From the NCBI GenBank assembly GCA_964187785.1, contig OZ076409.1:56360001-56424000 (forward strand): a DNA stretch of 64,000 nt. The letters are read 5' to 3'. This DNA is from Amphiscolops sp. MND2022. Its lineage: Eukaryota. The translations under genes and the position numbers were made by a program. Below, piece by piece: positions 60,121 through 64,000 of this stretch. Positions within the stretch are counted from its first letter, which is position 1; each line of letters starts with the position of its first letter. Under the pieces are notes generated by a model. It worked only from the letters and a program-made list of their open reading frames with translations, was not told the origin of the DNA and ran no database searches.

Positions 60121-63100
60121 TAAAGTGCCATTGATGAATCATTGATTCTCATCATAGCCATGATCATGGTTGATTGTCCATGGCGGAAATTGTGATGAAA
60201 AGTCTTCCATGATTCGCAATGAAATCGAAAGTAATGTCATGGGAAAACCAAAATCATGGATAAAAAGCAGAAAACGAGCAAGCCGTATTGGTCAACCTAA
60301 AGTAATGAAAACTTAGAAGTTATTGAGAAAAACCACTGAATATTTCCTGAATTGTGCAATTCTCTTGGCCGATTTTTTTCTTTTCAAAGGAAAACCTCGA
60401 AATTCTATTGATGGGATTTGTTTTTGTCTTGTCCTGGGTAACATGAGCGCCAAATCTAATCTAATTCCAACTTCTGCCCTGGATTGCAGAACACATATGG
60501 TACTGTTACTGCCACTGATCTGTAGTCTTGCGCCATCTAGTGACCGTATTCGTACATTTCATATCAAAATGCACCCCTTATCGTAATCGTCAGTCAATTT
60601 ATTGATAACCGGACACTGAGGAAAAGGGTACGTATCTCTTGATTGGGAAATGCTGCTGACGCAACTAGATTGAATTTCAAGCTTACCAGCCGTACTTACA
60701 GGCTAGTAACTGAAAAAGAGCCATAATTTTATTCGGGCCTGTTTTTCATTTAGATATCCTTTTATCGCCCTTGTCAATCTTTCGTTATTAGCAGGATACC
60801 ACAAACTGACATGTGTCACGAACAGCATTAAATTTCGCCCTCAATAAAATCCTTTTCTTCTCAATGTAGCTTTTTTTTGTTTTGATAGAACTTATTTGGA
60901 ATCGGAATTATGGAAAAGGTACTATTGGATAAAAGTTTTCAAATCCACAATGCCGTTCGAAAAAGAAAACAAATAAAAGAATAGAGTCACTGCATAAATT
61001 GATGTCACCAAAGATCTATTTTGTTATGGCATTGTTAACGTCTTAATTCGTTCTTTTCGCACGAATTAATCTCATTGCCTATTTTTCATACAAAAAATGT
61101 CCATGATTTTTGCGAGAGAATTGATCGAGCCTATATTTTAGCAGACAAACAGCTTACAGTGGAGTTGTTATCTGAAATCAAAAGTGTTCACAGAAAAATT
61201 ATGATCCAAATTTGTAGTTTCTTCAAAGAAAGATCCTAAAATATCAATTTTTGACTATACAGTTTCAATGCAGGCGAGGAAATTAGAACAGCGTGACGTG
61301 CGGCAACCCCACTAGTTGCCATTTTGATCATGCGAAATGTATAGGGAGGGACTCGAATTCCGGGGCAAAAAGGGAAACCAAGTGAAAAATTGTGGTTTCC
61401 GATTAGCAGTTGGCATTGTTTTGTTCTATGTTCTTCAATTCGACTTTTTAAAAAGCAACTCCGAATAATCGACGAGAAAAGATATTCTCTCATCAGCGGA
61501 ATTTCACAAAAGTCGACCTTTGTTTTGTCCAAATGCTTCTATTCAAGAAAAAACGGGAGGAAACGAAGCTATATAGAAATGCGTCTGACTTTTAGAAAGA
61601 GTACTTGAAAGTTTGAAAACGGCTAATTGAAAAGGAACTTCCATCAAGAAAATATTCTATTATTATATTTCAGATGTTCAATAAGAGTATTCACGAAATG
61701 ACCTTTGAACTTCTAATTGATAAAAATTGCTTGTCCTGCAATGAGCTTTATACCATCAATTACCATGACAAAACCTAGAGGAACAACGCTCGAAAAATAT
61801 AGCTGGCATCTGTTTTTTTTCTTTACAGATTGTAGCGTTCCTAAGGTTTCCTTAAATTTTCATGCCTCTTGAAGCATTTAAAATAGAAAGCGCATTGTTT
61901 CGGGAAATTCAGCTTATAAGCTATATATCCACGCAGGACCATATTTTACGTTGGCTAATTTCGTCAGAACCAGCAATGAAACTGAGATTTGTGGTCGTTT
62001 TTAAGGTTAAAAAGCAGACAGGTGGCCAATACGAGCTATTTTTTCACGTGAGTGTAGTCATATTAGAATCAATTACAGCAGATTTTGCGGTGTTTTAAAG
62101 TACAGCAAACAAATTGACCATTATTGCTGTTGATGTAAATGAGGTTTTACAGTGAATTAAATAATTATGAGCAGTCTATGGCTATCGACTTTTGGCAGAT
62201 ATCAGAATTTTTTTTGAATTTGGATGAAATTTGATTTCATGTGAAGAAAATTGGGAAGTAAAATTTGTATTAAAGCGCGTACTGGCACTTCAGTGGACTG
62301 AAATCCTTGGCAGTATATCGCTCAAGGTTTTCAAGTCCTTGGCAGGATAAGTTAAGAATTCTAAGGACTGCCGAGAGAAAATCCAGACTCCGAAAAGTCT
62401 CAAGTTTCTGCCAGACCTTAACTGACCAGTCCTTGAAATTTTTTGTTGGATATGTCGCAAATTCTCAAGTCCTTACAAGTCGTGGTCCAGTATTTGGTAG
62501 TCCTTGAAAAGTTCGTCAAAAATGTCGAAGTTGTTTCACTGGCACAGCCATTAGAATTTTCAATGAGCTCCACATTTTATCTCCTAGGAAAATACCCTAT
62601 TCAAACCAGCTTAAATTTATTTTCTGCTTTTATGGTCTGAAAACAGCCCGGCAGTTTTGCCACAGTTGAAACTGTTTTGCTTGACAAGTACTGGAAATTT
62701 TACAATTCTCTACAGTCACGTTGCAGGATAAAAGCTGAAATCATTGTATTCACATAAAATGAGATCTGACGTGACTGAATGTTAATGAAAAGAACCATCT
62801 GTGTATACTTCTTGTATACTCTAACGAGACGCTTCCGGGAAAAAATCCGGAACGTTGCAGCCTCAATTGTTCGTCAAACAAAATGTTGGAGTTTGTCAAA
62901 TGTAGTTCATACAAATACGGATATCGGGTTCCAGAAAGGCAAGTTGAAGGTTCTAATCCTCGCGCCTGGTTCTAATCCCCACCCCAAGACATCAAATAGT
63001 AATAAATTTCAAGGCTTTAGCGTATTTTCGAATCTATATGGGAGGCTGACCATATAAACCCTATTGGCGTTTTCAGGTGCTGTCCGACTTTTTTGGATTT

Positions 63101-63415
63101 TTTCAAAATTCTCCAAAGGGTGCCCCCTCAAGTTTTATCCTGTTTTCAGTTATGGCAAAATGTTTTGAGAGCTTGAAGTGTTTTTCGGCACTGTGTAGCT
63201 TTGCTCGAAGGAAAAACTGTTCATCAATTTGGTTTCTCAGAGATGTTTTCAGTTACATAAAAGATTTGAGCACGAAAGTGTCTCTTTCGGTAATTCTTGG
63301 CACTCTTGTATTTATGAGATTTTACTCGGAAACGCCCTGAGGATATTCAAAAAACGTTGCAATTTTGAAATTTTAACCAGGCAGCCAACTTTACACGTTC
63401 TCATCTTGTTTGTTT

Positions 63416-63962
63416 TTTAGTCGGCGCATTTTAGTAGAAAATATGCCCGACTATTACAGTGGGTAGTTTTTTTAGACGCGTAAGGGCCACTTTTTTGTTC
63501 ATTTGTTCAACAACGTCAAACCTCAACAACTTCAAACCTCAACAACTCCAACCTCAGAAGCGCGTCCAAAACGAAAACAAAAAACAAAACAGACGTCCGC
63601 AACCTCGAAATCACATTAAGGATCCCCCACTTTTTTCGGAACTATGCGACTTTTTCAAACTTTTTGGATTGAAATTTTTTCCTCAAAGGGTCCCCCCTTC
63701 AATTTTGTTTGATGTTTTGCAACACAATGGATGTCAAAAAATCGCAAAGGGTCCCCCCTTTTACATTTTTCGGCACTGTGACACTGTTCAAAAATCTCAT
63801 TAAAAAAATTTTTTTGGGGAAATTTTTTCATGTCTCCAAAGGGTCCCCCTTCAATTTTTTAGATTTTTTGCAACCAGCTGGAGTTTCACAAAGCCCGAAG
63901 TGTCCCCCTTTTAAATTTTGAGCCTTAGATATGGCGCCGACTTTGGCCGATCTCGGCTTGTT
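63416..63962 (+). mobile_element. HINE family A copy (full length), directly preceded by the decayed 3' end of another copy
   Basis: AGTCGGCGCATTTTAGTAGAAAATATGCCCGACT ... GGCGCCGACTTTGGCCGATCTCGGCTTGTT. The upstream GCCAACTTTACACGTTCTCATCTTGTT ends at 63410. Confidence 0.82.
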
Positions 63963-64000
63963 AGCTTATACTAAAAGACGGTATTTTTTGTTCATCTTAA

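Overview
AT-rich, repeat-dense animal (most likely invertebrate) genomic DNA, not prokaryotic: there are no operons, rRNA genes or CRISPR arrays. The only supportable host gene is an adhesion GPCR (family B2; its 7TM reads most like ADGRG2/4/6) on the minus strand. Ten phase-compatible coding exons between 41388 and 2160 (about 660 aa) give EGF - HRM - GAIN - GPS - TM1-4. I found no further N-terminal exons or TM5-7, which probably lie outside the window. Most six-frame ORFs are artefacts. The introns and the upstream 22 kb are packed with non-autonomous transposons: at least three Helentron/HINE (DINE-1-like) rolling-circle families with co-varying terminal hairpins and swappable tandem-repeat or tRNA-SINE cargo; two gag-only LTR elements, one with an unusual 8-bp target duplication; and MITEs flanked by TA, TTAA and about 9-bp duplications, several of them nested. 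Best leads: the modular HINE system and its tRNA/CORE-SINE chimera, the 8-bp-TSD gag-only LTR element, atypical splice signals (GTTAG donors, GTTTCAG acceptors), and a GPS motif that has lost one disulfide pair together with a much longer ICL2. All calls come from reading the sequence by eye; no database searches were run.
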